Shown here piece after piece: positions 38,545 to 51,994 of a DNA stretch of 64,000 nt; the first letter of the stretch is position 1; every line of letters starts with the position of its first letter. The notes under the pieces are model-generated. The model ran no database searches. It was not told the origin of the DNA and saw only the letters and a list, made by a program, of their open reading frames with translations. The position numbers were made by a program, and so were the translations under genes. Source of the stretch: Phoronis australis (Eukaryota > Animalia > Phoronida); assembly GCA_002633005.1 (NCBI GenBank), contig NMRA01000507.1:252285-316284 (forward strand), in the 5' to 3' direction.

Positions 38545-41500
38545 TGAACAATAAAAGGTTTACTGAAATCGGGTAATCTCAGTATGGGTACTCTCGTCAG
38601 CAGGTATCGAAGCGTGTCGAACGCATGCTGCTGAGCTTCTTCCCATTGCACGGTGTAGGGCTGTTTCTTCTTTGTGAGCTCAGTAAGCGGGACGGCGATT
38701 TCAGCAAAGTTTGGGATGGACGTCCTGTAGTATCCAGCCAACCCAAGAAAAGAACGAAATTGTTTCTTCGTTCTGAGTCGTGGTACATCTCGGATGCGTC
38801 CCAACTTTTCTTCATCCATTGCCAGGTGCCCTTCACCGACCACATGTCCAACGAATTCGATGGAACGAGATCCAACCGAACACTTGGTGGGTCAAATCGT
38901 TAGGCCAGCCTCTCGCACACGTTGGAATGTGTCTCGCAAAGTGGCAAGGTGTTCAGTCCAAGTCTTACTATGGCACAGAGTGTCATCCACATAATGTTCT
39001 GTATTATGTGCACCTGCCAACATCTTCCTCATCATGCGGTTAAAGGTCGCTGCCGAAATTACCAGACCAAATGGCATCTTTACAAATTGGAGCAACCACT
39101 TGGTACTACAAAAGAGGCCTTGGGTCGTGATTCTTCGGTGACAATGACTTGCCTGTATCATTTACTTAGATCAATCTTCGTAAAATACTGGACTTTACTG
39201 ATATCTGCCATGATGTCATCGGTATTGCCCATCGGTTCCGAGTCAAACTTGGTGATGGCGTTCAAATGACGAAAATCGATGCAGAATCGATTTAAACCGT
39301 CCTTCTTCACTAAGACCACCGGAGAGTTGTAGGGAGCATCGGATGGTCCTATGACTCCACACTTTAACATGTTGTCGACTTCTTCCTGCACAACGGTCCG
39401 TGTGGGTTTTGGCAGGGGATATGGCTTGACTCTCACCGGCTCTTTAATAATGGTCTCAATCTTGTGTTCAACCAGATGGGTTGTACCTGGTACTTCACTA
39501 AAGATGTCAGAGTACTCTTCCAACAGACTTGTCACCTCCCTTCGTTAGCTAGTAGTGAGCTCGTCTGACATCTTGACATCTGTGTACGTTTCTTTTTGAT
39601 TTGTAGATCCTTGCACTAGTACATGTTCATCATCGACAACACGAACTCCATTGTCCATTTCAGGGTGCAGTACAGCTATGGCTGCGATGTCAGATTTCTG
39701 ATCTGCATCATCTTTACTTACAGCCCCACTTTGGTCACGAGATATGTAGAGTTTCAACAGGTTGGCATGGTATGTTTTGGTCTTTCCACCAACCCTTACT
39801 CGGTAGTCCATTTTGTTGAGTACCTCGGTCACTTCATAGGGACCCCTCCACTGCAGTAGCAACTTTTTACTGTCTGTTGGTAACAATATTAACGATCTCA
39901 TGTCTTTTTGTCATAATGATGTTTCTATGCTTCACCAGAATTTCGTAAGTTTTCCCGCACCAGTTCACCTGTCTCTTCTAGACGATGTCGCAAGTCGAGG
40001 ACATACTGTAATCATAAGTATTCCGTACGTCTGGTTTTTCATTGCCAGTCTACAACTCTTTAAGCACCTGCATGGGCCCTCGCACGGTCCTACCATACAA
40101 TAGTTCAAATGGCGAGAAACCTGTGCTCACTTGTGGTACCTCTCAGTAGGCGAACAGTACTGCTGGTAAGTACCGGTCCCAATCTTGTGGACGCTCTTGG
40201 CACATTTTCTTTAACATACTATTCATTACATCGTTAGTACGGAGTGGTGAACAGTTGCTTCATGGATATCAACCGTGCAACTTCTTTCAATACTTCTGAG
40301 GTCACTAAGCACCTCTCTTGGGAAGCCAATTCTACAGAAGGTTTCAAACAATGCTTCTGCGACTCGCCCAGCTTCTATTCTGGGTAAAGGGACTGCGTCT
40401 GGGCATCTTGTTGCATAGTCTACGATGGTTAGAATGTACCGGTTGCCTTTGTTTGTTATCGGTGATACAGGACCAATCAAATCAAGAACGATACGCTGGA
40501 ACGGTTCTTCCATAAGTGGCATCTCGCCCAATGACACTTTAGAGACCCTGCCCTTAGGAGTTGTTCGCTGGCAGATGTCACATGCTCTGCAGCAACGATT
40601 TATGTCACTGCCAACTCCTGACCAATTAAACCTACTGGCTATTCTCTCACTGGTCTTCTTCACACCAAGGTGCCCACCAACGATTGACTCGTTAGCTAGC
40701 GTCATAACCTGTTGTCGATATTTGACAGGGACAACTATCTGACGCAATTCTTTGGTGTTATTGGTATTCCCTCGGTACAGGACCCGCTTCTGCTTCTCAT
40801 GCCAGTATTGTCCTCTACCACGTGTCCTTGCTAGTTTGTCTTTCTCAACAAGTTCTATGAGCTTACGTAGGGAAGAATCATGTTGTTGCTCGTCCTTCAA
40901 TTTGCTGACGTCGAGACTTTCCACTGCGGATGGAGTCACCAACAAAGGCTTCATAGGTTTCTCTCTCTTCTCAGCGTGTGCTCTAGTAGTGACTGCGGAC
41001 ATGACACTACATTGTGGCTGCCACTTGGGATCTGGATCCTTGCTGACGCCAACAGCATTCCCTATGATGAGGTCGTATAAGGGTGTTCGCATACATATCA
41101 CCTCGATTTCACCAACGAAGTATGGAGCGTCTACCTCAATCTTCGCTATGGGGAAGGATCGTGTTTTCCCATCTATTAACACACAGATGTGTTGTTTCCC
41201 CGACAGTTTACTTTCTTTGAGTAGGGACGTCTTCACCGCTGTACTACTGCAACCAGTGTCACGCATCTCGTTGACGTAACTCTCACAAACGGGCATATTG
41301 TGGTCAGCTGGAGGTTCTCTGTGCTTGTCACAGGCTCCTGTCTCTACGGGTATGGATGTCCCATCGACTAACTACAGACAGCCATCAACTATGTGCTGCT
41401 CTACCGGGCTACCCGTCGCTACCACAGCTTGACATATTCCCGCCTTCTTGGTGTCTTCTTTCTTAGTCTATTCTTGCTGAATGGAGGACGACTGCTCACT

Positions 41501-42990
41501 TGCAGCGGACCTTTTGGACTGTGATTGTTTCATCCAGCAGTCCCTGGTTAAATGACCTATGCGATGACAATTTAAACATTCCATGTCACCCTTGTTTCTA
41601 GTCATTGACGAATGAGGAGTCTCTGTCCTTTGTTCTTCTGTGTTGCTTGGCGGTGCCTGTCTTCTGGCTACCTGTCCCAAGTATTTCTTTGCGAACCCTT
41701 TGCCCAACAAACCAGTACAGTGGGCGTCCATGTACTGTTGAGCAATGGCCGACATCTCGTCTAAGGTCTTCGGTTTACTTTCCCTAAGGAAAACAGACAT
41801 CTCAGGATGGCATACTCCCAGAAACTGCTCTTGTATCAGTAAGTCTCTGAGTCCATCATACGTCGTCTCGACCTCCACCAGTTGTGTCCATCGGTCGAAG
41901 TACCTTTTCAGTCGTGCCCCGAATTGGAACACGTTTTCATCCTTTTCAGGCTTGGATTCTCTGAACTTCGGTCGGAACCCGTCTTCGGTTAATTCATACC
42001 TGTGCAGTAGCGCCACCTTTAGTTGGTCATAGTTGTTAATTTGGTCGACGGCATGTTGTTGAATACATGTAAGCCTTTACCTATCAACAACGGACTCGAG
42101 TCCACAGCCCACTCCGATTTATCCCACTTCTGGCTTGTGGCGAACGTCTCAAATCGGGCTAGGAAGACATCCATGTCGTCGACTCGCTCGTCGAGCCTCG
42201 GCAGGTTGGGACGACTGGTACGTACACCGCTACTTGGAGCCCCAACACTAGGTGTCGCCTTGAGCTCAATCTGAAGTTGCAGTGTCTTCTGCTTCTCAAT
42301 CTCAATCGCTTGGGCCCGCTCTGCTTGTTCCCGTGCAAGCTCTGTCTTTTCCAGCTCTTGCTTATGGGTACGCTCTGCTTGTTCCCGTGCATGTCTACCT
42401 TTTTCAGTTCTTGTTTATGCGCACGCTCTGCTTGTTCGCGTGCAAGCTCTACCTTTTCCAGCTCTCGTTTGTGAGCGCGCTCTTCACGCTCCAAGGCCTG
42501 CCGCAAGAACTTCCTTAACTCTTCACCGGTATAGCCGAACTGTAGAGACACGGATTCCACTAATATGGGGATATGTCGTGGTAGTATAGTTGGGGTTACC
42601 CGGTTCTTGGTTGAACGGTAGATAGTTGGCTAACAAGGTAGCAACAGCAAGTCGATGGAGAGCAGCATAAAAACTAACATAGTGGTTGAGTTTCTACTGA
42701 CACACAAAGTTTATTAACTCTAGCTACAACATGTATAGTGAATAGAATTATGTGTGGAATGGGAGTGCAAAACAACAACAATATTGAGAGTTCCGGTGAT
42801 TTCATCCAACTCATAAACATGAATGGAGTCTGGACAGCTGTTTGGCATATAGGGTTTCACTAGGAGTGGGCACTGGTCAGTGGCATAGTTAACAACAACA
42901 CAAGATGTCAGGAATAGTTATATAACATAAACTGTTTTGTTGGGATAGTTGAACGTCATAGGAAGTGATGAAATTTGCACTTGATTAACT
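38545..42990 (-). mobile_element. 3'-truncated Gypsy LTR retrotransposon with Gmr1-type domain order (gag-PR-INT-RT)
   Basis: gag with coiled-coil repeats and CLNCHRIGHLTRDC knuckle (42560-41468). Protease RDTGC plus integrase GGHLG..CDICQ..DLIGP..DY (41296-39900), LLLQWRGPY (39901-39545), RT YNSPVVLVKK..KMPFGL..YVDD (39535-38892) and SFLGLAGYY..LPDFSKPFIVQ (38843-38545). Frameshifted. 42600-42990 may be an LTR remnant. Confidence 0.92.
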
Positions 42991-43572
42991 TCATGAGAAT
43001 TCATTCACATTGACTTTAGTAGCTAAGAGCGATTGTGTCGTGCTTAAAACTGTAGAACTTGCAATTAGGGTTGCCTTTTTGCGGCCTCTTGGATTATCTA
43101 CAATCTTGTCATCCCTGTCTATCCTGTGAATGGTTCTATTAATAGTCATTATGTACTTACACTGCAATGCAATGAATAGGTCAACTTCTCTTGTAAGAGC
43201 TTTATGTCTATAGTCCAAAGTTTCTGTAGCCCAAAGGTTATAATCCCAAGGCTCTGTAGTCCGAAGCTTCGATAGTACAACAACAATACTCGATGTCGGT
43301 TCTACGTAACCTTTGGACATATAACCTTACATCTAGGTTTTTCTGATTTTCGTACTATCGAATCTTCACCTTAGGGCGCCTTCATATTATAGAGGCGCAA
43401 CCTTGGTAATTTGGTGCCAAAGGCATGCTGGACAGCAAGCCTGCAGCCATTAACCATTGGTGATTAGGTGGACAACTGTCAACGGGTGCACCGTGCCCCT
43501 TTTGAGAATTGCCTTTGAGTGACGAACGCGCTAAATGATTCTGACCTGACAACATTTGTTTGTATATTTTAG

Positions 43573-43795
43573 GACGTTAACTATGTAAAACAGTCTTCGC
43601 TCAGTTACATACGCGTTTATTACCAAGGTGACATGAGACAACGCCCAGATGCTACTAATTTGCAAGGCATTGCCTGTAGCAGATGGTTCTTCAAGTTCAA
43701 TGGTAACGAATGCTCCAATCCTGGTACGATAGCTGGCATTATTTCTGTCCTTTCCTATGATGCTGTAGATTACAACCATCATCATCCCTCTGTTG
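43573..43795 (+). CDS. Duplicated CTHRC1-like middle exon (copy of exon 10), frame intact
   Basis: TTTTAG| ... G|GTGGGT. Reads DVNYVKQSSLSYIRVYYQGDMRQRPDATNLQGIACSRWFFKFNGNECSNPGTIAGIISVLSYDAVDYNHHHPSV. It is one codon longer than exon 10 and has no stops. Confidence 0.8.
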
Positions 43796-44438
43796 GTGGG
43801 TATTTACCCTTTACATCATTCTTTTGGTTAATTACTTTGTCTTTTTATGGTGTCTATGTACAGGGTGATTCAAGAATATTACGATTAAATACCGACTTAT
43901 TTTGGGTAAATTGTTTTCCAAATTTTCCAAAAGCCTGTCCCTATGCCCTTCAAATTTTGATTCATAGAGTTTGTTCAGAGATGATGATGTCACTGAAAAC
44001 ACAAAGTAAGGACTTGCTCAATCACAGTTCCTACATGCCTAAAACCTAACCATATGTTGAACTGAGTAGTAAATTCATTTTTATTACTGAGACGACAGTA
44101 AGTTAGTTACTTCACCACTCGATTTTTGTATGATGATCTGTTTTTGACTATTTTTAATGTTTGGTACTTTCCATTAGGGCAAAATGTTCTTTTCTGGTCA
44201 AAATTTCTTTTATCCCCATGGAGAAAACGGAAGACACTTTACAATACTTTTCAACTGGATACAAAGTCATTTTTCACCTTGGAGAAAAGTGTATTCCACC
44301 CAGGTGAGAAGAAGTGTTCATCTTGGTGTAAAATGATTTTCATTGTGTTTGAAAGTACCAAAAAGCACAAAAATGTGACGTGTTAGTTTAAGCAATTCAC
44401 AACAAATGACAACCTATTTAAACCTGTTCGATTTTCAG

Positions 44439-44578
44439 TGGAAGGGCTTTGCAAGTTAGATGCTGGGACATACAACATACGTCTCTATGTTGAATCCTGC
44501 AGTGAGTACAACGACGCCGTCACGTGCTACGAGTCTCCCTGCCGTCTGGTGGCCGAGGAAGTGTTTTTAACAGAATAG
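44439..44578 (+). CDS. Duplicated CTHRC1-like terminal exon (copy of exon 11), frame intact
   Basis: TTTTCAG| then VEGLCKLDAGTYNIRLYVESCSEYNDAVTCYESPCRLVAEEVFLTE*. It differs from 32699-32838 at 4 nucleotides. Confidence 0.8.
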
Positions 44579-46801
44579 AATGTCAAACGAGCGTATTACA
44601 CATTCTGGAGTTATTTGATGGACAGTTATGTGTTGAATGTGAAGCTGCCGCACATACATTGCAGAAAAATATGTAAAACTTTTAGAGCGATAGAAAACCC
44701 TGTTTCAACTTAGTAACATTGTTTTAAGACTAAAGTTCTACGTCTTATGACTGTGATGTTCGAGGAATGTTTCTGGGAATAGAGACAATTACCCTTACAG
44801 TGTTCAGAAGATTGAAGTACGTTTGAAACCCATAGTACATGCAAAAGTTCAGCTGTAATTGACAAGCGTCACTATTCATGCGTGAACGACAGCCCGCCTC
44901 AAACCACTGAGTCTACATTGTGACCTTTATGAGGACTGTGTATTTTACTAAATGTTGTCATCTCTCTGGGCATGTAACCTTACAAGTCATGTGTGTGGCA
45001 AATAGTTTGCGCGGTACATCCAAAACAGGATGGCTACCATTAAAAGCGGTTATAACCCAACCTTCCCATTTCTGCCTACAAGAAAACACTTCGTCTGTAC
45101 TCTTTTGCTCATGACGCATCGCCTTGACCAAAAACGTGAAAAATGAATGATACAATGTAGGTGAGACCTTGCGAGACTTTTATGAATCCGAGGCGTTATA
45201 GGAAATTGGTACATGGTGCTCAATTTCCTTAAGAATACCTCACACAATTACTGTACATGGACAGATGTGATACGAACAAATGTAATTTGTGCGAAAAAAT
45301 TCCCAGTTACGGAACTTTCAAAGTATAGTGCGGACCACGTGATGTTACAGTGATGACCTAATAAGAGCGCGAGAAAGCTCTCTAAAAGCGTAGAAATTCT
45401 TGGTTATGTGCCTGGATATTTTAGTCGTGGCCCTCATGTTAAAAAGCTCGAACCGCGCAATTTCATGATTTTAGCATATCCTTCCTTAACGTTCTGTTGC
45501 AGCGCTCAGTTTTGACCAAAAAAAACTTGTCAGTGTCAAAAATACACGACTCCTTGGCTTCTTTTACCATTATGACTATTTAATTTTGGTTGAGTAAACA
45601 AACCTATTCACGTGACTTTTCCATGTAAGTGGATGGAAAAGCAAGGACAGTTAAAACCAATATTTTTCAAAAGATATATCGACTGGACTGTCAAATGGTT
45701 GCAATTATGACAATTCCGGTGTATGGTTTCATATGTACTTTTGTTCTTTTGTGATAAATAATGTGCACTCCCCACAATTGTCATAATTTTCATATAGTGG
45801 TGTTATCCGCTTTGGTTTTCAATAAAACATCCAAGAGCGACTGAATACCATTCGTGGCAATTATTTCCCATTTAATCCACAAAACTGCCGCCTAATGTCA
45901 CCCACCCCATTTTCTTCAGTTTTGGGGAAGCTACAAAAGCCTCTACTGTGGTCTTAGACATTACGCGATAGTTGCACATGACTTAAAATGGTTGTTTCAC
46001 GTATGAAGTGATACTGGGCGAATTGACTGAAGGAACTGTAATAGGGTATGATGTATTCATTGTGGTAGCTATGTGTAAATAAAAGCTATATGTCTAGTTC
46101 CAACAGTAGACCAGTTTTACATGCAAGTTAGCATGAAGGTGAACTGCTTCATTATTGGAGTGCTGCAAGATGATTTTGATCACAATTGTTTTTTTTTATT
46201 TTTTGTTATCATTTTCGGTGTTGTATTTTCGTAGTTCGGCAGTGAGTTATATTCATGCAAACCAAAATGCAGTTTATCTTGTAATTTATCCCATACGTGT
46301 TGAATAAGTCGAGTGCAATAGGGCCATGTGATATTGTTTTCCTTATTGCATTCCTGTGACTACTGCAACAGTGCCCTCTGATATGACGAGGTGGGTCAAT
46401 GTGGACTCGACGTCGTTAGCCGGTTCGATCATCAAACTTTCCCAAATAGCTTGAAGTATTAAAATTGCAATTGTATAATTAACACTCAACAATGAGGTCC
46501 CAAACGTAACATCTGGTACAAAACTGTTAATTATGTCTCTTTTTTATTTGCTAAATATCATATCGTTTGCAACTCAGGCCCCGATTCCTCGGTAACTTCA
46601 ATATCAAATATTTAATTATTTTCAGGAATTGTTACAATTTCAATGCTTTACCGTTGCTTTCATCTTTGTTGTCTCTTTTGAAGTAATAAATCTTTATATT
46701 TAAAGCTGTTTCTTTTACTAGAGAAAACTTGTAACCTAACCCGCAAGTACATACATATAGGATGTGATCCGCCGCGTGAACAGTCTGATTGAAGTATTTA
46801 A

Positions 46802-47020
46802 AGGCGAAGGCAACCGTTTTTCATGTAATTGTTAGCAAAAATAAGGTTCGTTGGTTATCCCAGACATATTTTTCACTTTATTACAGCTTTTCGTAATTCA
46901 ATTAGTTATTCGTTCTTTACTCCGGAAGTGACGTTTTGGGAGGCAAGAATTTCTCGCCAATTTCTTTTCAGTCTGACTATGAGAGCTATCGAGTCAGTTT
47001 TTGTTTACGAGTCAGTTCTG
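46802..47020 (+). mobile_element. Solo left end of the same Kolobok-like family as 17247-18735
   Basis: TTAA-AGGCGAAGGCAACC...GGTTCGTTGGTTATCCCAGACAT...CCGGAAGTGACG...GAGCTATCGAGTCAG matches 17247-17440. Confidence 0.75.
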
Positions 47021-48634
47021 AGCTATCCTTAGTGCTTTTTAGTTTTTGTGTAAAGTTACCTGTAACTTGCAGTGTTTACAAGTGCTCAACTTCATCACAC
47101 GTTTTTCACTAACCGACCAACAATATTGTCCGTGCCCAGTTCCATTCACCGACACTTTTCATCATAGGGGTGACTGTATTACCTGTGGGGCACCTGTATT
47201 TCCAGTGTCCAGTGTCACTCACCAACATATTCCACTCTAGGGCAAATGTATTGCCAGTGTCCTGATTCACTCATCCCGATTTTAGTCATAGGAGCAAATG
47301 TATTGCTAGTGCCCAGCCCACTTTTCATCACTACTCTACCACTAAACTTTTCACTACCGACCAATTATTCTCATTCCTTAAAATACTTGTTGTTGGTTAA
47401 CTTCCTAGTCTATCTATTGTTATTCTCTCCATGTTAGCTTTTTTTAACAAGGACTCTAGATGTTTCCATTGCCGCAGTTCTATGTTCCCTTGTATGTATG
47501 TATTTAGGAATATACCCATATGTATTTCTGTACGTATGGCATACATATAGGTTATACAACGTAAGAAGCCCGAGTTCAAATACTTTTGCATATCACGAAT
47601 CGAGATATGATAACACACTGGTACAAACACGTACTTTGTATAACCTATTTATCCTATGCGCCACACTGAGGATTCTTTAAAGAAGCGGGTTTACACAGAT
47701 TGCTCCTCTTGTTTTGTTGTGGTTTATCATCTTTTTTCAATGATCATCGCAGATTGCGTGTCACGTATACGTGCACGCAATATTTTTATGAATGAATTTT
47801 TGACACGGCAGTTCAAGTGGTATTTTACAACAGCTACAGGCTTGGTGTGCATATCTGCTATTTTCAGTATTTTCGTCAGAGTTTGAGCTAAATCTTTTTC
47901 TAAGTTAAAGTCTGCTTACATTTCTGACGATTTTTCTTGACTTTGCTGAGTAATATCTGTGCAGGACACGTTGTGGCTGATGCACGTTCAGACACTTCTT
48001 AAAAATGCTCCTTACGCGCGGTTCTTATCATTTTTAGATAGAAAGTATTCCAAAAATTATCATAAAATTGACAAAAATACAATGTTTACAGCAGTTGCAC
48101 TTTTTTCGGCTCGACGTATTTTGATTGTTTTGAGAACGAATTGACTCATATTTGACCGTAAAGAACCTTAACTGGTGTAGTGCGATAGGTGACAAAAAGG
48201 AGGCATGCATTGGTAATGTATATTGCTTTCTTAATCCCAAATATATTGTGGCAAGTTCGAGACTTTTTGTAATTTAAGTGTCCTGCTCAGGTGCAAAATT
48301 TCATTGTATATTTAGAAAAATTGTCTATAATATTTTTATTTCACTTTTTGTTTAGTTTGAGAACGCATATCTTAGTATTGGAATTTGAAAACATTGCGCA
48401 CGGAGCTGAACCCTAATTGATGCTATATATACAACTATGTTTCTACTAATTGTAGTGTATTGTGTGCTCAGCAGGGAATTTTGGCGAGAAAGCAGGCATC
48501 CGTATTCCACGCACGTTGAATACTGAAAATCCATATTCAACGCGCGTTGAATACGGAAAAGTAGTTCTTCCATATCAAATCCCACAATACGACCCGTATT
48601 TCATGGACATAATATCACACGAATAGGATAAATA

Positions 48635-49430
48635 TAGATTATTACATGGCGAAGTCGTTATCCCCCGTTATCTAGAGCCCGAGTGGATTTTGGAGAATTA
48701 TCGCCCGAGGGGCGTTAGCCCGAGGATGATAATGCTCCAAAATCCACGAGGGCTCTAGATAAGGGGGATAACGGCTGAGAACATGTAATAATCTATTTAT
48801 ACCACATACTAAACGAGAAACATTGCAATGAATCGATTTACCTTTTCTGACTCTCCACGGCTTTGTAACTACTTTCTATGTCAGAGGCCCGGGGTCGGAG
48901 GTCGTGACCTTTTAAGAAAAGCCGGGCTATTTTTGTCAAATAATGCTTTTACACAACACCAATTGAAAACTTAAATATTATAGAAATAAATTGAATTTAT
49001 AAATTAAGGTTTACCAACTATTATAGCTTAAAACACGTTTTTTTCACGCTAAGCTTCGACCGGGAAATTATCGTCTGCTAAAGTAGGTTACCACTGATAA
49101 ATGAATATAATTCTCAAGTCAAAGATCCTGACGACACGATACCCGCATTCAAACTGGAGATCGGTGATTTACAAGTAAGAGGACATGAGAGAAAAATTTC
49201 ACTGAATTAAGATATCATTTTTATGGAAATTATGTGTCTTATTTTTCGTAGCGTATAAGTACAGTATAATGCTGTTTGTTGAACATGGGATTATTGCCCG
49301 TGCTCATTTAAGTATTCTATTTTCACTCTTGATGACGTCAGTCGCTGCATGGTGTAGTGGTAAAGTCGGCGACCAACAATTCCACGGTTGTATCTGCCAT
49401 TTGACGCTAATATTGTGGTATAAAGTGTAC
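48635..49430 (+). mobile_element. Second copy (inverted) of the palindrome/tRNA-like repeat
   Basis: Palindrome of about 160 bp at 48635-48797 centred on CCGAGGGGCGTTAGCCCGAGG. The tRNA-like part at 49341-49385 keeps the A box but has lost the B box. Confidence 0.7.
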
Positions 49431-50058
49431 ATATTCTGTACGTCACCTTATGTATATTCTTTGGTTATCACCGCTCCGTGTTAGCTGTGTACTCTCACAT
49501 CGATTCCCTGTTGTGTGTTGTATATATTTTTAGATTACCATGTTATCCAGCTTTCCATGATAGCCTCTTTCTTATATTCGTAGTTGCTTTTACTCCATTT
49601 TACCCAAAACAATATACTTTACTCTCTGTTTAGCTCGCTCTTCAATGAGTGGGCGGATGCATCCTTCTGTTGCGTCTGTGGCACATTGCCACCCATATTT
49701 ACAGCTCAACATATTACATAACTTTTGTATTTATCAATACCTGTAGTAGTTTATTTTATCAATTTACCTAAACATCATTCAACAAAGAATGGACTCACCG
49801 GAGACAGCCCAAGAGTTGTTATCTCTGCGGCGAAGGATGTTAAAGTTGAGTTTCCGATGAGTTGCCAGCAGTCACTGGTACGGTGCGCGGCTTTAGACGC
49901 TCTGCGGCTGGGTTAAAGATCTTTTATAGGCCTAACTATCCCCAATTCCCGTACCAGGATGAATTTCAAAAATAACTTGACTTGGCTGCGTTAGATGTGA
50001 TATGCGACGTTGATGTTGAAATTGCGCCATATTTTTTATGTTGATTTCCTTTGTTGGT

Positions 50059-50505
50059 TTATAATTCATATATTGCAATGTAGGCATCCTGGGGAGGCTT
50101 GGATGTACTTGTGACTGTAAAGTCGTCAAAATTTATCCATTCCCATGCTGACGATTTAACACAGCATGTGTAATGACCACCCGTCGTGTTTCTTCCATGG
50201 TGTTCAATGACTGCTTTTATTTTGTAGCCGGAGAGATCATACGAGGAAATCTTTGTGTTGATTTTTTCACCATTAGTCGTGGTTCGTAAGATATGAATAC
50301 AAAGGTATTTTGGCGGTTTTACTAATGACCATGTGAGCTGGCCACTGAGACTATTACAGTGTGGGCAACTAATGTCCTCAAGCTGTGCCACAACTCCTGC
50401 ATAGTTATTTCTTTCCTTAGCTTTGGGAGGTAGACGGTCAACTCCCAGTCTATCTGTGTTTTTTCCTTTGTTGTTGAGCAGTTATTACAACTCCTAGTAT
50501 GTGTC
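50059..50505 (-). pseudogene. Intronless C-terminal fragment of a ubiquitin-specific protease (peptidase C19)
   Basis: PKYLCIHILR, YKIKAVIEHHG...GGHY, WINFDDFTV and AYIAIYE* are the USP His-box motifs. Two CxxC pairs are present (RSCNNC in another frame near 50480, SCPHC near 50365) with a frameshift between them. The Cys box is absent. Confidence 0.8.
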
Positions 50506-51229
50506 CTTTTATCTCATCCTCGTGCATTTCTTCTTTGTATAGTAGCTTCGGCATCGCTTCGCAGTTAGCGCATGAAAATATGATTATAAAGTATTCATTT
50601 TTTATATAAGCTATGCTGCTTCTTTCTCATTATCACGTTTTGATTCGCCGGCAGGTGGCCCTCTTTGGATTCCCCTATTGCCTTACTGGTATCACGTGAT
50701 TTTTTGTATTGTTTCAACACTGTGCCATTGTATATATTTTGTGGTCAACTCAGAAATTTTAATTCAATTTTTCTATAACCCTCCCTCCCATCCATTTTAA
50801 AGCTATTTATTTTGAATTTTCTCATGTCAATGTCTCAACATATAAAACTTTTGAATTTATCAATACCTGTAGTAGTTGGGCGCAGATTGCCATCCACGTT
50901 TACAGCTCGACATGTTATTAAATTTTGCATTAATTGATATCTGTATTATTTTAGTTTGTCATAATATAAACACCTCAGCAGAAGTTTGGAAATTTATGTT
51001 CACTCGTCCCTGTTTTCATTACTTGTTTATTTAAATTATGTGGCATACCAATGGAAAGATTACCAACAATACCACATTATGACAATGATTTTTTACATGC
51101 TGCCAAGGAGGGCTTGGTCTCAAAATGAATGTCGCAACTTTCCCTGTTTTTGCCAAGCGGTGTCACCACCTGCGATGCGCTGGTGATTAACTCGGGGGAG
51201 GGGGATGGTCCGTGTGCTGCTTTCTTGTT

Positions 51230-51862
51230 CAAGTTTCAATTTGAAATTGAAAAATGAAATCTGAAATAATAGTCAATATTTCATGATTCAATTTTCCATT
51301 CTCAAATAAACCACGAAATAATGGTCAATGTTTGACGTTTCAAATTTCCATTCTCAATTGAGTCATGAAATTGGGAATCGGCGTTCAATATTCTACGACG
51401 CGTTTTTCCAATTCCAAAACCGCTGCAATTAGTTGACAGGCATCTAATCAAAATGCGTCTAACATAATTAAAGATCCGCCCACGCGTCAATCAATTACGT
51501 CACCAGTAAACCAAACCTTGATGTTTCGTAAAACAACACTCTGAATTTGACACTGTCTACGCTTGACGATTGTTTATCATTTATCCAGAAGATGATACAA
51601 GAAAATAAAACATTTCAACCAATCAGGATAGTGTTTAGTAAAGCAACGCTGTGATTGGTTGTAAAGCGTCGGCGGTAAGAGGACTCATATTGAAACATGG
51701 AATATTGACAGGTCAATGTTTCATTTTTCAATTTCAAATTGAAAAATAAAAATATGAAATACGGAATCAAAATTTCATTTTTGCAATTTCAGACTGAAAA
51801 TAGAACATTGACTTTTGAGTAAATATTTCATTTTTCAATTTCAAAATGGAAAATTGAACTGG
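51230..51862. repeat. MITE-like element built from TTTCAATTTCAAATTGAAAAATGAAA palindromic words
   Basis: The word occurs at about 51235, 51720 and 51826, in both orientations. Confidence 0.55.
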
Positions 51863-51994
51863 AAACCAGCACACCGATTGGGGATAAAGACCAAATTTAT
51901 GAGACTCTTGGTGATAGCATGGACCTCCAGCTGTTAGCAGGCTTGGTATGAATCGCAATTGTGCAAATTGTGTTTGGAGTGTCCAGTTTGCAGC

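Noticed and set aside
49850-49920. Hammerhead ribozyme near the possible Penelope-like fragment
   Set aside because: Only CCGATGAG is present, not CTGATGA with a correctly placed GAAA and stems.
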